A DNA stretch of 15,917 nucleotides from Candidatus Eiseniibacteriota bacterium (GCA_046598045.1 JBKJJJ010000117.1:1-15917), one strand, 5' to 3'; shown: positions 1 through 9,202, counted from the stretch's first letter. Numbers and translations: made by a program. Notes: generated from the letters alone by a model not told the origin.

Positions 1-1356
1 CCGCTCGCGGTCACGGTGCCCGGAGCGTTGCGCGGCTTCGACACGCTGCTCGCGCACTACGGCCGGCTCGGCTGGGCGCGCGCGTTCGACGCCGCGCGCC
101 GCCACGCGCACGAGGGCTACGCGCTCACCGAGAAGATCGCCGAGGGCTGGGAGACGCTCGAGCCCAAGCTCCGCAAGACGCCCGAGGCGACGCGCGCGTT
201 CCTGCCGGGCGGTCGCGCGCCGCGCGTGGGCGAGCTCGTGCGCCTGCCCGACCTCGCGCGCACGCTCGACACGCTCGCCGCACAGGGCGCGGACGCGTTC
301 TATCGCGGGGAGATCGGCGAGGCCGTGGTCTCGTTCGTGAACGCGCACGGGGCGCAGTGGACGATGGACGATCTCGCGCGCGAGGAGCCGACCTGGGCCG
401 ACGCGATCCATGCCGATTACCGCGGCTACCGCGTGGCCGAGCACCCGCCGAACGGGCAGGGCCTGGCCGCGTTGATCGCGCTGCGCCTGCTCGAGGGGTT
501 CGACCTGCGCTCCGCGGGCGCGCTCTCCGCCGACGCTCTCCACCTCGCGATCGAGGCCATGAAGCTCGCGTTCGCCGACACGCACCGCCACGTCGCCGAT
601 CCGGATTTCGCGCGCGTGCCCGTCGACGCGCTCCTGAGCGACGCGTTCATCGACGGGCGACGCCGGCTGATCGATCCGCGCCGCGCCACGCCGTCGGTCG
701 CCGCCGGCACGCTGCCGCGCGGCTCGGACACGGTGTACCTGTGCGCGGTCGACGCCGAGGGCAACGCGGTGTCGCTCATCCACTCGCTCTACTACGGGTT
801 CGGCAGTGGGCTGGTGGCGGGGGAGACGGGGCTCGCGCTCCAGAACCGCGGCGCCGGCTTCGCGCTCGATCCCGCGCACCCGAACGCGCTCGCGCCGCGG
901 AAGCGCCCGTTCCACACCATCATCCCCGCGATGCTGTTCCGCGCGCCCGCCGCCCAACGCGTCGGACCGGTGTGGGCCAGCGGTCGCGAGGTCACGCCGC
1001 CGGCGAGCGCCGCACCCCTGATGCCGTTCGGCGTGATGGGCGGGCCGATGCAACCGCAGGGCCATGTGCAAGTGGTGACGAACCTCGTCGACTTCGGGAT
1101 GGACGTGCAGCAGGTGCTCGACGCGCCGCGCTTTCGCGTGATCGAGGACGGCGGCGCGCGCGTGATGTTCGAGGCCGACATGCCCGCGAGCGTGATCGCG
1201 GACCTGGCCGCGCGCGGGCACGAGATCGTCCCCGCGAACGACCCGGGCTTCGGCGGCTTCGGCGGCGGGCAGGCGATCTGGATCGATCCCGACTCCGGCG
1301 TGCGCGCGTGCGGATCGGACTCGCGCAAGGACGGGCAGGCGGTGGTGGAGAGCTAG
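1..1356 (+). CDS. ggt: Gamma-glutamyltransferase family protein (YwrD-like, Ntn hydrolase), 5'-truncated by window edge
   Basis: Frame open from base 1 (..AVTVPGA..). Family motifs EHPPNGQG, SD|TVYLCAVD (catalytic Thr codon 730-732), LQNRGAGF, KRPFHTIIP, FGVMGGPMQPQGH, GSDSRKDG. Stop TAG 1354-1356. Confidence 0.93.
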   Translation, partial: PLAVTVPGALRGFDTLLAHYGRLGWARAFDAARRHAHEGYALTEKIAEGWETLEPKLRKTPEATRAFLPGGRAPRVGELVRLPDLARTLDTLAAQGADAFYRGEIGEAVVSFVNAHGAQWTMDDLAREEPTWADAIHADYRGYRVAEHPPNGQGLAALIALRLLEGFDLRSAGALSADALHLAIEAMKLAFADTHRHVADPDFARVPVDALLSDAFIDGRRRLIDPRRATPSVAAGTLPRGSDTVYLCAVDAEGNAVSLIHSLYYGFGSGLVAGETGLALQNRGAGFALDPAHPNALAPRKRPFHTIIPAMLFRAPAAQRVGPVWASGREVTPPASAAPLMPFGVMGGPMQPQGHVQVVTNLVDFGMDVQQVLDAPRFRVIEDGGARVMFEADMPASVIADLAARGHEIVPANDPGFGGFGGGQAIWIDPDSGVRACGSDSRKDGQAVVES

Positions 1357-2390
1357 AGTAGGTTCAGAACCTTTTTCGTGATCGTGGTGAGCGCGAGCCG
1401 TCTTCGCTCTTCCGCATCGACCCAGCGCATGCCCTTCGGCGCTGCCCGGCGCGCCTTGGCCCGCACCCGGACTTCGATCCGATAATTGCTCGCGAGGATC
1501 GAGTGTTTGATCGTCCCGATCGCCTCGCCCGGCATGCCCTCGCCCGGCTCGCTCAGGGCGATCTCCCACATGCCCGCGTTGTGCTCGTCTTCGCCGCGCT
1601 GCTGCATGAGAATCGCGCCGTCCGAGATGCGGCGCTCCACGATCGCCACTCGCTCGACGCGGGTCGGCTTTGTGCGCGGTTTAGGCGGCGGATAATCCTC
1701 CTCGCGCCCGAGCGCATGCGCCTTGCAGAACTTCGCGAGCGGGCACTCGCCGCAGTGCGGCGCGCGCGGCAGGCACACCGTCGCGCCGAGCTCCATCAAC
1801 CCCTGGTTGAACGCCGACGGTTCGGCCGCGGGGACCAATTGCGAGGCGAGCGTCCACAGCCGCTTCTCCCAGCTCGCCTCCCCCGGGCCGCCCTTCAACG
1901 CGAACACGCGCGAGAGCACGCGCGCGACGTTGCCGTCGACGATCGGCGCCGCATGCCCGAATGCGATCGAGCGGATCGCGCCCGCGGTGTAGCGCCCGAT
2001 GCCGGGCAGCGCGCGCAACGCTTCGTCAGTGTCGGGCAGGCGCCCCGCATGATCGCGCACCACAGCCGCCGCGGCAGCGTGGAGCTGGCGCGCGCGGCGG
2101 TAGTAGCCGAGGCCAGACCATGCGTGGAGCACGTCGTCGAGCGGCGCGTCGGCCAGCGTATGAACGCTCGGGAAGCGCGCGACGAAGCGCTGGTAGTAGG
2201 GGATCGCCGCCTCGACGCGGGTCTGCTGGAGCATGATCTCCGAGACCCAGATCGCATACGGGTCGCGCGTGCGGCGCCAGGGCAGGTCGCGGTTCGCGGC
2301 GCGGAACCAACGCACGAGCGCGCCTGAGAGCGCGCGGGCGCGCTCGGGCGGCTTCTCCCTGGGTGGGGGCTTTGCGGGGGCGGTCTTCAC
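1353..2390 (-). CDS. mutY: A/G-specific adenine DNA glycosylase MutY
   Basis: RDLPWR, WVSEIMLQQTRV, WSGLGYYRRA, HhH LPGIGRYTAGAI, VDGNVARVLSR, 4Fe-4S motif C-x6-C-x2-C-x5-C (CLPRAPHCGECPLAKFC), short Nudix-like C-terminal domain. Start placed at GTG 2390 because the ORF-track start (2642) overlaps the neighbouring gene in another frame. Confidence 0.95.
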   Translation of the reverse strand: MKTAPAKPPPREKPPERARALSGALVRWFRAANRDLPWRRTRDPYAIWVSEIMLQQTRVEAAIPYYQRFVARFPSVHTLADAPLDDVLHAWSGLGYYRRARQLHAAAAAVVRDHAGRLPDTDEALRALPGIGRYTAGAIRSIAFGHAAPIVDGNVARVLSRVFALKGGPGEASWEKRLWTLASQLVPAAEPSAFNQGLMELGATVCLPRAPHCGECPLAKFCKAHALGREEDYPPPKPRTKPTRVERVAIVERRISDGAILMQQRGEDEHNAGMWEIALSEPGEGMPGEAIGTIKHSILASNYRIEVRVRAKARRAAPKGMRWVDAEERRRLALTTITKKVLNLL

Positions 2391-2397
2391 GCGTGCG

Positions 2398-2406
2398 ATG
2401 CTAGCA
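2398..2406 (-). promoter_or_regulatory. Extended -10 element (TGcTAGCAT), probable leaderless promoter of mutY
   Basis: Minus strand reads TGC-TAGCAT-cgcacgc-GTG: TGn-TANNNT 7 nt before the start codon, no Shine-Dalgarno. Confidence 0.5.
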
Positions 2407-2424
2407 CGGGGCGCAGAATTGGCA

Positions 2425-4998
2425 TCAGTCCCCGAGCACGACCACCTTGCGCGTCGCCGAAGCGTCGCCGCGAGTCGCGCGCACCCAGTACACGCCGGGG
2501 GAGAGGCGACCGGCGTCGAGGGTGACGTGGTTCGGGCCGGGAGCGAGCGCGATCCCGTCGCGCGCGTAGACCGCGCGGCCGCTTGGTGCATAGAGCGCGA
2601 CGCGGGCGGTGCCGGCGGCCGCGGATTCGAGCGTGAGTGCAAACCGGCCCCTGCTCGGGTTGGGCGCGAGCGCGCGGATGGCGAGCTCGACCTGCGCCCG
2701 AGGTGAGCGGAACGGATTGACGCCGGTCACGCCCGCGCGATTGAGCAGGACGGTGAACGAGGACCGCGGGGTGCTGCCGAGTCCGCCACCCGCGAAGACG
2801 TCCGTCCGGCCATCGCCGTTGAAGTCCCCGAGCGCCGGAACCGTGCCCAAGTACGGGGAGACGTACGCCTCCGGCGGGCCGAAGGTGCGATCGCCGCGTC
2901 CGCGCGCCCCGATCAAGGCGAACAATTGCCCGTCCCTCGCGAGCAGGTCCACGCGGCCGTCGCCGTCGAAGTCCTGCGCGATCACACGCGAGACCTTCGG
3001 CGGCGGGGACCCCAGCGGTGTGTCCGGCCACCAGTTCATGTTGACCAGCGACTCGCTGTCGAACGTGCCGCCCGCATGCCCCTTGAACACGTGCAGGATC
3101 GGCGTGGGAGTCGGGGTGCCCACCACGATCGTTCCGTCGTTGACGACCAGGTCGAGCACGCCGTCTCCGTCGAGGTCGGCGAGAGCGAGGTCGGTCGGGA
3201 AATTCGGCGGCGAATGTGCCTCGAGGGTCGCGTACCCGCCGAGACCGTTGTCGAGCTGCACGACGACCTGCCCCGTGCAGGCGATCACGCGATCGAGGCG
3301 CCCGTCGGCATTCAGGTCGGCATAGCGCACCGCGGTGGGCCCGACGGGCGTCGCGCTGACGATGGATCCGGTCAGTCCGCCGCCCGGCGCCTGCTTGAAC
3401 ACGTACAGGGCATTCGCCCCGGTGCACGGAACCACCACGTCCCGCCGGCCGTCGCCATCGAGATCGACCACGACCGCGGGTTTCGGGGTCGTCCCAAGCG
3501 CGAAGTCCACGGGCGGATCGAACGTACCGTCCCCCCGGCCCTTCAGGAACGAGAGCGTGTTGCTCACGGTGTTGCAGATCGCGACCACGTCGAGCTTCGT
3601 GTCCCCGTCGAAGAAACCGGAGACGGCGTAGCGATACGAGAGTGCGAGCGGAGCCGAGACCACGATCGGGTCGAAGGTGCCGTCGCCGCGGCCGCGCGCA
3701 AAGTCGATCGTCTTGTCCGTGAAATTGAGTCCAATGCCGTCGAGCCTGCCATCGCCGTCGAAGTCTCCCGGAGCCGCCGCCACGATTTGGCCGGCGACGG
3801 ACGCCGGCTGCGAGGGGCCGCCGAAGGTGCCGTCCCCGGCGCCCATGGTGAACTCGATGAATGGCAGGAAGGCCGTCCCGTAGGCGAGGTCGACGTTGCC
3901 GTCCTCATCGATGTCCCCGGCCGCGAGGTCCTCGGGAATGTACGTCGTATGGCCGGAGACGATCGGGGGCCCGAAGCCGCCGGCGCCGTCCCCGAGCCAG
4001 GAGCGAATTGAACGTTCGGGGGAGAGTTGGTGGCTTCCCAAGACATCCAGATGGCCATCATGATTGAGGTCTCGGACCAGGAGGCCCGTGCTCCACACGA
4101 CGGACGGCAGATCGGACGGAGCGGCGTAGGCGCCCTCCCCGAGGCCGCTTGCGGACGAGATCATGGTCGCCCGGGCGAGAAGCAGGTCCAACGGGGCGCC
4201 GGCATCCAGCGCCGCGAGCGCGACGAAGTTCGTCGACCCGAGGGACGGAACGTCCAGCCGGGGCCCGAGCGTGCCATCCCCGTTCCCCGGAAACACGCTG
4301 ACGCCCCCGAGTTCGGGACCGCCCACCACGACGTCCACGGCAGGGGAGCCGATCACCTGCCCGAGCGCCGCATCCCGCGGGTTGCCCGGCGTGGCGTACA
4401 AGCCCGATGCGGTCATCGTGCGACCCGGCCCGGCGACGTACAATTCGATCGACGAATCCGCCAGGACGACGAGGTCGCTGCGGCCGTCCTGGGTGAGATC
4501 ACCGGCGACCGTCACGGTGGAGTAGGTCGCGGTGCGCAGCACGAAGGCGTCGACCCAGCCGCCATTGCCGTCGCCGTAGGCAACGAAGACCTCCGAGGTG
4601 TCGACGAAAACGTTGGATGCCACTCCGCCGACGTCCATGTTGCCGTCGCCGTCGAAGTCGGCGACCCGCACGAAGAGATCGAGATTCGGGTGAACCGGAA
4701 ACGCGCCCGTGAACGGCGCGAACGATCCGGCACCCGTCGCGAGAGCGGTGACGAGGCTCGGGTGGTCCGGAGTCCCGTCGAGTCCCAGGACGAGATCGGA
4801 CATTCCGTCGTGATTGACGTCGGCGAGGTTGATCGAGCTCCACCAGTAGGGAGGGCCGAGGCCGTAGCCCGGAGCGGTGAACATGGGGCCGGGCGTCGCA
4901 CCCCGGGCTGCGGCCGGGAGGAGCAAGAGCAAGGCCGCGAGGGAGGTCCCTGCGAGGGTGCGGAAATTACGAGCCACAATGCGTCCTGCAGATTCCAT
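2425..4998 (-). CDS. Secreted FG-GAP/VCBS repeat protein (14 repeats) with C-terminal T9SS-CTD/FlgD-like Ig domain; paralog B
   Basis: Signal peptide (LAALLLLLPAAARG), repeated D(F/L)(D/N)xDGxxD motifs with G(D/N)GxGxF linkers, tail LAPNPSRG...PGVYWVRATRGDASATRKVVVL. ATG overlaps upstream stop (TGATG). Confidence 0.9.
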   Translation of the reverse strand: MESAGRIVARNFRTLAGTSLAALLLLLPAAARGATPGPMFTAPGYGLGPPYWWSSINLADVNHDGMSDLVLGLDGTPDHPSLVTALATGAGSFAPFTGAFPVHPNLDLFVRVADFDGDGNMDVGGVASNVFVDTSEVFVAYGDGNGGWVDAFVLRTATYSTVTVAGDLTQDGRSDLVVLADSSIELYVAGPGRTMTASGLYATPGNPRDAALGQVIGSPAVDVVVGGPELGGVSVFPGNGDGTLGPRLDVPSLGSTNFVALAALDAGAPLDLLLARATMISSASGLGEGAYAAPSDLPSVVWSTGLLVRDLNHDGHLDVLGSHQLSPERSIRSWLGDGAGGFGPPIVSGHTTYIPEDLAAGDIDEDGNVDLAYGTAFLPFIEFTMGAGDGTFGGPSQPASVAGQIVAAAPGDFDGDGRLDGIGLNFTDKTIDFARGRGDGTFDPIVVSAPLALSYRYAVSGFFDGDTKLDVVAICNTVSNTLSFLKGRGDGTFDPPVDFALGTTPKPAVVVDLDGDGRRDVVVPCTGANALYVFKQAPGGGLTGSIVSATPVGPTAVRYADLNADGRLDRVIACTGQVVVQLDNGLGGYATLEAHSPPNFPTDLALADLDGDGVLDLVVNDGTIVVGTPTPTPILHVFKGHAGGTFDSESLVNMNWWPDTPLGSPPPKVSRVIAQDFDGDGRVDLLARDGQLFALIGARGRGDRTFGPPEAYVSPYLGTVPALGDFNGDGRTDVFAGGGLGSTPRSSFTVLLNRAGVTGVNPFRSPRAQVELAIRALAPNPSRGRFALTLESAAAGTARVALYAPSGRAVYARDGIALAPGPNHVTLDAGRLSPGVYWVRATRGDASATRKVVVLGD

Positions 4999-7514
4999 CA
5001 GTTCGCCAATACGACCATTTTGCGGGTCGCCGAAGCGTCGCCTCGAGTCGCGCGAACCCAGTACACGCCGGGCGCGAGAAGTCCGGCGTCGAGGGTCACG
5101 CGGTTCGATCCGGCCGCGAGCGCGATGCCGTCGCGCGCAAAAACTCTGCGGCCGCCCGGTGAGCAGAGCGCGATGCTCGCCGTGCCTGCCGCCGAGGACC
5201 GGAGATCGATCGCGAACTTGCCGTGAGTCGGATTCGGGGCAAGTGCCGTGATCGCGAGATGGATTGCGGCGGCGGATACAGAATGCGGTGGTACGGAAGC
5301 GACACCCGCCGAGCGATTGCGGAGGAGGACGATCGACGTGATCGGGGTGGAGCCGTTCGAGCCCGATCCCAGGACGTCGTCGAATCCATTACCGTCGAAA
5401 TCCCCCAGCGCGATGGCGCTCGAGCCATAGGTCGAGGCATAGGCCTCGCGCCGCTCAAACGTCCGGTCGCCCCGGCCGCGGGCACACATCACGAATCCGG
5501 TGTTGCTCACGTCCTTCGAGAGTAGATCGACGTGCCCGTCGTGATCGAGGTCACGGGCGACGATCAGCGCCGCGGAGGGGTGCGTGATGACGACCGACGG
5601 GACCAGCTGATACCAATCGAGGCTCGCGAAGGAATCACTGTCGAAGTTCCCGCCCGGGTGGCCCTTCAGAATGCGGATCATGGCGGGCGGCGGCGGAGTC
5701 GCCGGACCAATCGACATGACGACGTCGAGCGTTCCGTCCTCGTCGAGATCGGCGAGGTCGAGGTCGTTCGAGGACGGCGATTGGGCATGCGATTCGAGCG
5801 TCGAGTATCCCCCCGTGCCATTGTCGAGTTGCACCACCGTCTGCCCCGCGCATGCGACAACGCGATCGGGGCGGCCGTCCGCATTGAGGTCCGCGTACCG
5901 GACGGCAGCGGGGCCGGGGGGTGTCGGGCTGAAAGCCGGCGCGGTTAGGCCCGTCGGCCCCTGGAGGAACACGGCGAGGCCATCCGCCGAGGCGCATGGG
6001 ACGACCACGTCCGCCCGGCCATCCGCATTGAGGTCCAACACCGTGAACGGACTGGGGTTTCCCGGGAGGGTGTAGTTCACGGGCGGATCAAAGGTTCCGT
6101 CGCCGTGCCCGCGCAGGAAGGAGAAGGTGGGCGCATTGGTTGGCGCAGCCACGAGATCGAGATTCGAATCCCCGTCAAACAGTCCCGCCGCAAGCCTCGT
6201 GTAGCCGATCCCGACGTTTCCCGAGACCACGAGCGGATCGAACGTGCCGTTACCGTGACCCTTCGCAAAGGCCAGGGTGTTGCTGCTCGTATTGCTGCCG
6301 ACCGCATCGAGGAACCCATCGTTGTCGAAGTCCCCGCTCGCGAGGGAGGAAAGTCGGCCCGGGATCGCGGGGCAGGGGTCTGGCGCGCCGAAGGTCCCGT
6401 CGCCGTTGCCCATGCAGAGGACGAAGCTGTACTGGAAAGAACCAGGGTAGACAACGTCGAGATTCCCGTCCTCGTCGACGTCCCCGCCCGCGAGTCCGCC
6501 GGGGGCAAACACAGCGCGCCCGGAGAGCATGCGGGGTCCAAACCCGCCCGTTCCGTCACCGAGCCAGGACACGACCCCGCGGCTGGGCAGGGGAATATTG
6601 CCGGAGACCACGTCGAGCTTGCCGTCGTGATTCAGGTCATGCACAACCGTTCCAAACCCAAGCGCTCCCATCGGGAGCATCATCGGGGCGGCGAACCCGC
6701 CTGGCACGCCGGAGGCGAATTGCACACTCGGGGAGTTGAGCACAAGATCGAGCCCGGGTGCGCTGTCGACGTTGGAGAGCATGGGCAGGCTGACCGTTGT
6801 TCCCAGCCCGATGTCCGAGCGCGCGCCAAGGGATCCGGTCCCGGTGCCCTCGAACACGGAAACTCCGGCGTATTCGGACGAGCCGACGAGCACGTCCACC
6901 GCGCTTGTCCCGACAAGATCGCCAAATGTTACATTGCGCGCTTCGGCCGGAGTTGGATACTCGCCCACCAGGGTCAGTGTTCGATTTGCGTTGGAGTGAT
7001 AGACCACGATGTTGGAATCCGACAGCGAGACGACGAGATCGGCGCGTCCGTCGCCGTCGAGGTCGCCTGCGGCGATCGCTTCGCTGATCGCGGGCAGGCG
7101 AACCTGGAACGAGTCCACCCAGCCGCCGCCGCCGTCTCCGAACGTGGCGCACACGACCGAGGAGTCAGGCCCGAAGTGAAAGAACCCTGCTCCCGCCAAG
7201 TCCAACAGCCCGTCCCCATCGAGGTCGGTCACCGTGACGACCAGGTCGCCGCGACCCGGTAGCGCCAGCGTGAACGGCGCAAACAGTCCACCGCCGAGCG
7301 CGAGCGCCGTGCCGAATCCCGCCCCGCCGGAGAGCCCGACGATGAGGTCGTCCATGCCGTCGCGATTGACGTCGGCGAGGGTGGCGCCGCGTGGAAACTG
7401 TGGCGAACCGATCAGGAGCCCGGACGCATCGAACAGCCGTCCCGCTGATGCGATTTGCGGCAACAAGAGTAGCGCGAGCACGTATCCGGCGAGGTTGGAT
7501 CGATGCGCATGCAT
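4998..7514 (-). CDS. Secreted FG-GAP/VCBS repeat protein (14 repeats) with C-terminal T9SS-CTD/FlgD-like Ig domain; paralog A
   Basis: Signal peptide MHAHRSNLAGYVLALLLLPQIASA, collinear repeats with paralog B, tail LAPNPTHG...PGVYWVRATRGDASATRKMVVL. ATG 7514 preferred over TTG 7538; GAAGGGA upstream. Confidence 0.9.
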   Translation of the reverse strand: MHAHRSNLAGYVLALLLLPQIASAGRLFDASGLLIGSPQFPRGATLADVNRDGMDDLIVGLSGGAGFGTALALGGGLFAPFTLALPGRGDLVVTVTDLDGDGLLDLAGAGFFHFGPDSSVVCATFGDGGGGWVDSFQVRLPAISEAIAAGDLDGDGRADLVVSLSDSNIVVYHSNANRTLTLVGEYPTPAEARNVTFGDLVGTSAVDVLVGSSEYAGVSVFEGTGTGSLGARSDIGLGTTVSLPMLSNVDSAPGLDLVLNSPSVQFASGVPGGFAAPMMLPMGALGFGTVVHDLNHDGKLDVVSGNIPLPSRGVVSWLGDGTGGFGPRMLSGRAVFAPGGLAGGDVDEDGNLDVVYPGSFQYSFVLCMGNGDGTFGAPDPCPAIPGRLSSLASGDFDNDGFLDAVGSNTSSNTLAFAKGHGNGTFDPLVVSGNVGIGYTRLAAGLFDGDSNLDLVAAPTNAPTFSFLRGHGDGTFDPPVNYTLPGNPSPFTVLDLNADGRADVVVPCASADGLAVFLQGPTGLTAPAFSPTPPGPAAVRYADLNADGRPDRVVACAGQTVVQLDNGTGGYSTLESHAQSPSSNDLDLADLDEDGTLDVVMSIGPATPPPPAMIRILKGHPGGNFDSDSFASLDWYQLVPSVVITHPSAALIVARDLDHDGHVDLLSKDVSNTGFVMCARGRGDRTFERREAYASTYGSSAIALGDFDGNGFDDVLGSGSNGSTPITSIVLLRNRSAGVASVPPHSVSAAAIHLAITALAPNPTHGKFAIDLRSSAAGTASIALCSPGGRRVFARDGIALAAGSNRVTLDAGLLAPGVYWVRATRGDASATRKMVVLAN

Positions 7515-7562
7515 GGCGAGGACAATCCCTTCGGGCAAAGGGTCGTTTCGACTGGGGCCTCA

Positions 7563-7591
7563 AGACTAGACTCGGAGCCGCCGGTTGTCCA
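7563..7591 (-). promoter_or_regulatory. Sigma70-type promoter for the FG-GAP pair
   Basis: Minus strand TGGACA (7591-7586) - 17 nt - TAGTCT (7568-7563), about 50 nt upstream of ATG 7514. Confidence 0.5.
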
Positions 7592-7678
7592 GCCTGTGCT
7601 CGCAGGGGGCCGTGCTCGACCGAAGGCCTGATGCGTGATAGAACGGGCTCTCGCCTCAAACCGATTCACCGGAGTCCC

Positions 7679-9199
7679 ATGCCCAAGCCCGCCGCCCTCG
7701 CCGCCACCGTCGTGCTCCACCGCCGCAATCCCGCGCTCGAGGTCTACTGGGTGCAGCGCGCGGACGCGCTCCAGTTCCTGGGCGGCTTCCACGCGTTCCC
7801 CGGGGGGCGGGTCAACCGCGCCGACCGCGCAGTCCCGGTCGCCGGGCTGCCGGCGGACGCGGGGGAGGACCTGGGCGCGATGATCGTCGGCGCCGCGCGC
7901 GAGGTGTTCGAGGAGACCGGCGTGTTGCTCGCCCGCGGGGCGCGCCGCGTCGCGGCCGATCGTCGCGCCGAGGCAAGACGCGGCTTGCTCGAGGAGCAAC
8001 TCGACTTCGGAGCTTTCCTCGAGGCGGAGCAGCTCGCACTCGACGCGCGCGACTTCGTGGCGACGGCGCGCTGGCAGTCGCCGCCGTTCCAGCCGGGCGG
8101 GTTCGACACGCAGTTCTTCCTCGCCGAAATGCCCGACGGCGAATCCGCCGAGATCTGGCCCGGCGAACTCCAGGGCGGCGAGTGGATCGCACCCGACGTC
8201 GCGCTCACGCGCTGGCTCGACAACCGCGCGCTGCTCGCCGCTCCCGCGCTCTACACGTTGCGCGAACTCGCGGGGCGGCCCGACGCGAGCGTCCCGGAAT
8301 GGGCAGGCGTGTTGAGCGCGCCGCCTGAGGCGCGCGGCGGCAAGGTGCCGCGCATCGAGGTCCACCCGGGCTTCGTGCTGTTCCCCGTGCGCACGCCGAC
8401 GCTCGCGCCCGCGACCCACACCAACTGCATCGTGATCGGCGGACCCGAGGTGCTGATCATCGATCCCGGCAGCCCGTATGAGGACGAGCAGGACGCGCTC
8501 GACCGCTCGCTCGACACGCTGCTCGCGGGCGAGAGCGGCGCCGGCACACGGCGGCGCGTGAAGGGCATCCTGGTCACGCACCATCACGCCGATCACTGGG
8601 GCGGCGCCGCGCGCCTTCGGCAGCGGCTTGGCGTGCCGGTCTACGCGCACTCGTGGACGGCGGCGAAGGTCGGCGCCGACACGCCGCTCGAAGGCGGCGA
8701 GACGATCGAGCTCGCGCGGGGCGGCGCGCGCGAGTGGCGGCTCGAGGTGCTGTTCACGCCGGGGCACACGCCCGGGCATCTCGCCCTGTTCGAGCGCGAG
8801 TCGGGCACGATCGTGGCGGGGGACCTGGTGTCGGGGCTCTCCACCGTCGTGGTCGACCCGCCCGAGGGCGACATGGCGCAGTACGTCGAATCGATCCGGC
8901 GCCTCGCCGAATTGCCGGCGACGCTGATCCTGCCCGGGCACGGTCCGCCGATCGGCGGGCCGGCGCACCGCCTGCGCTTCTACCTCGAGCACCGCGCCCA
9001 GCGTGAGCAGAGGGTCCTCGACGCGCTCGCGGGGGGACCGCTGGCGCTCGAGGCGCTCGTGCCGCTCGCCTACGCCGACACGCCCGGGGCGAACGCCGCG
9101 CTGGCGGCCCGTTCCGCGCTCGCCCACCTGATCAAGCTGCGAGGCGAAGGTCGCGCCGAGGTCTCGGCGGATGGCCGCTGGCGGCTGCCCGGCGCCTGA
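7679..9199 (+). CDS. Nudix hydrolase (NUDT19-like) fused to LACTB2-like metallo-beta-lactamase fold with C-terminal winged helix
   Basis: N-terminal AATVVL..FLGGFHAFPGG..AAREVFEETG..FDTQFF (split Nudix box). C-terminal TPTLAPATHTN, IDPG, THHHADH (HxHxDH), TPGHTPGH, AGD, PGHG, LAHLIKL. ATG 7679 preceded by GGAG. Confidence 0.9.
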   Translation: MPKPAALAATVVLHRRNPALEVYWVQRADALQFLGGFHAFPGGRVNRADRAVPVAGLPADAGEDLGAMIVGAAREVFEETGVLLARGARRVAADRRAEARRGLLEEQLDFGAFLEAEQLALDARDFVATARWQSPPFQPGGFDTQFFLAEMPDGESAEIWPGELQGGEWIAPDVALTRWLDNRALLAAPALYTLRELAGRPDASVPEWAGVLSAPPEARGGKVPRIEVHPGFVLFPVRTPTLAPATHTNCIVIGGPEVLIIDPGSPYEDEQDALDRSLDTLLAGESGAGTRRRVKGILVTHHHADHWGGAARLRQRLGVPVYAHSWTAAKVGADTPLEGGETIELARGGAREWRLEVLFTPGHTPGHLALFERESGTIVAGDLVSGLSTVVVDPPEGDMAQYVESIRRLAELPATLILPGHGPPIGGPAHRLRFYLEHRAQREQRVLDALAGGPLALEALVPLAYADTPGANAALAARSALAHLIKLRGEGRAEVSADGRWRLPGA

Positions 9200-9202
9200 G
9201 CT

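Noticed and set aside
2391..2642. N-terminal extensions given by the ORF track for MutY (2642), Nudix-MBL (7391), membrane protein (9298) and thioesterase (12508)
   Set aside because: They overlap other genes and lack family features; better starts with an RBS, promoter or gene-boundary support exist downstream.
2425..7514. Diversity-generating retroelement or gene-conversion repeat between the two paralog 3' ends
   Set aside because: The tails are similar at protein level but show scattered non-adenine-specific differences, and there is no reverse transcriptase in the window.
8560..8945. Metallo-beta-lactamase as an antibiotic resistance gene
   Set aside because: No signal peptide, Nudix fusion and LACTB2-type motifs indicate a cytoplasmic housekeeping MBL-fold enzyme.
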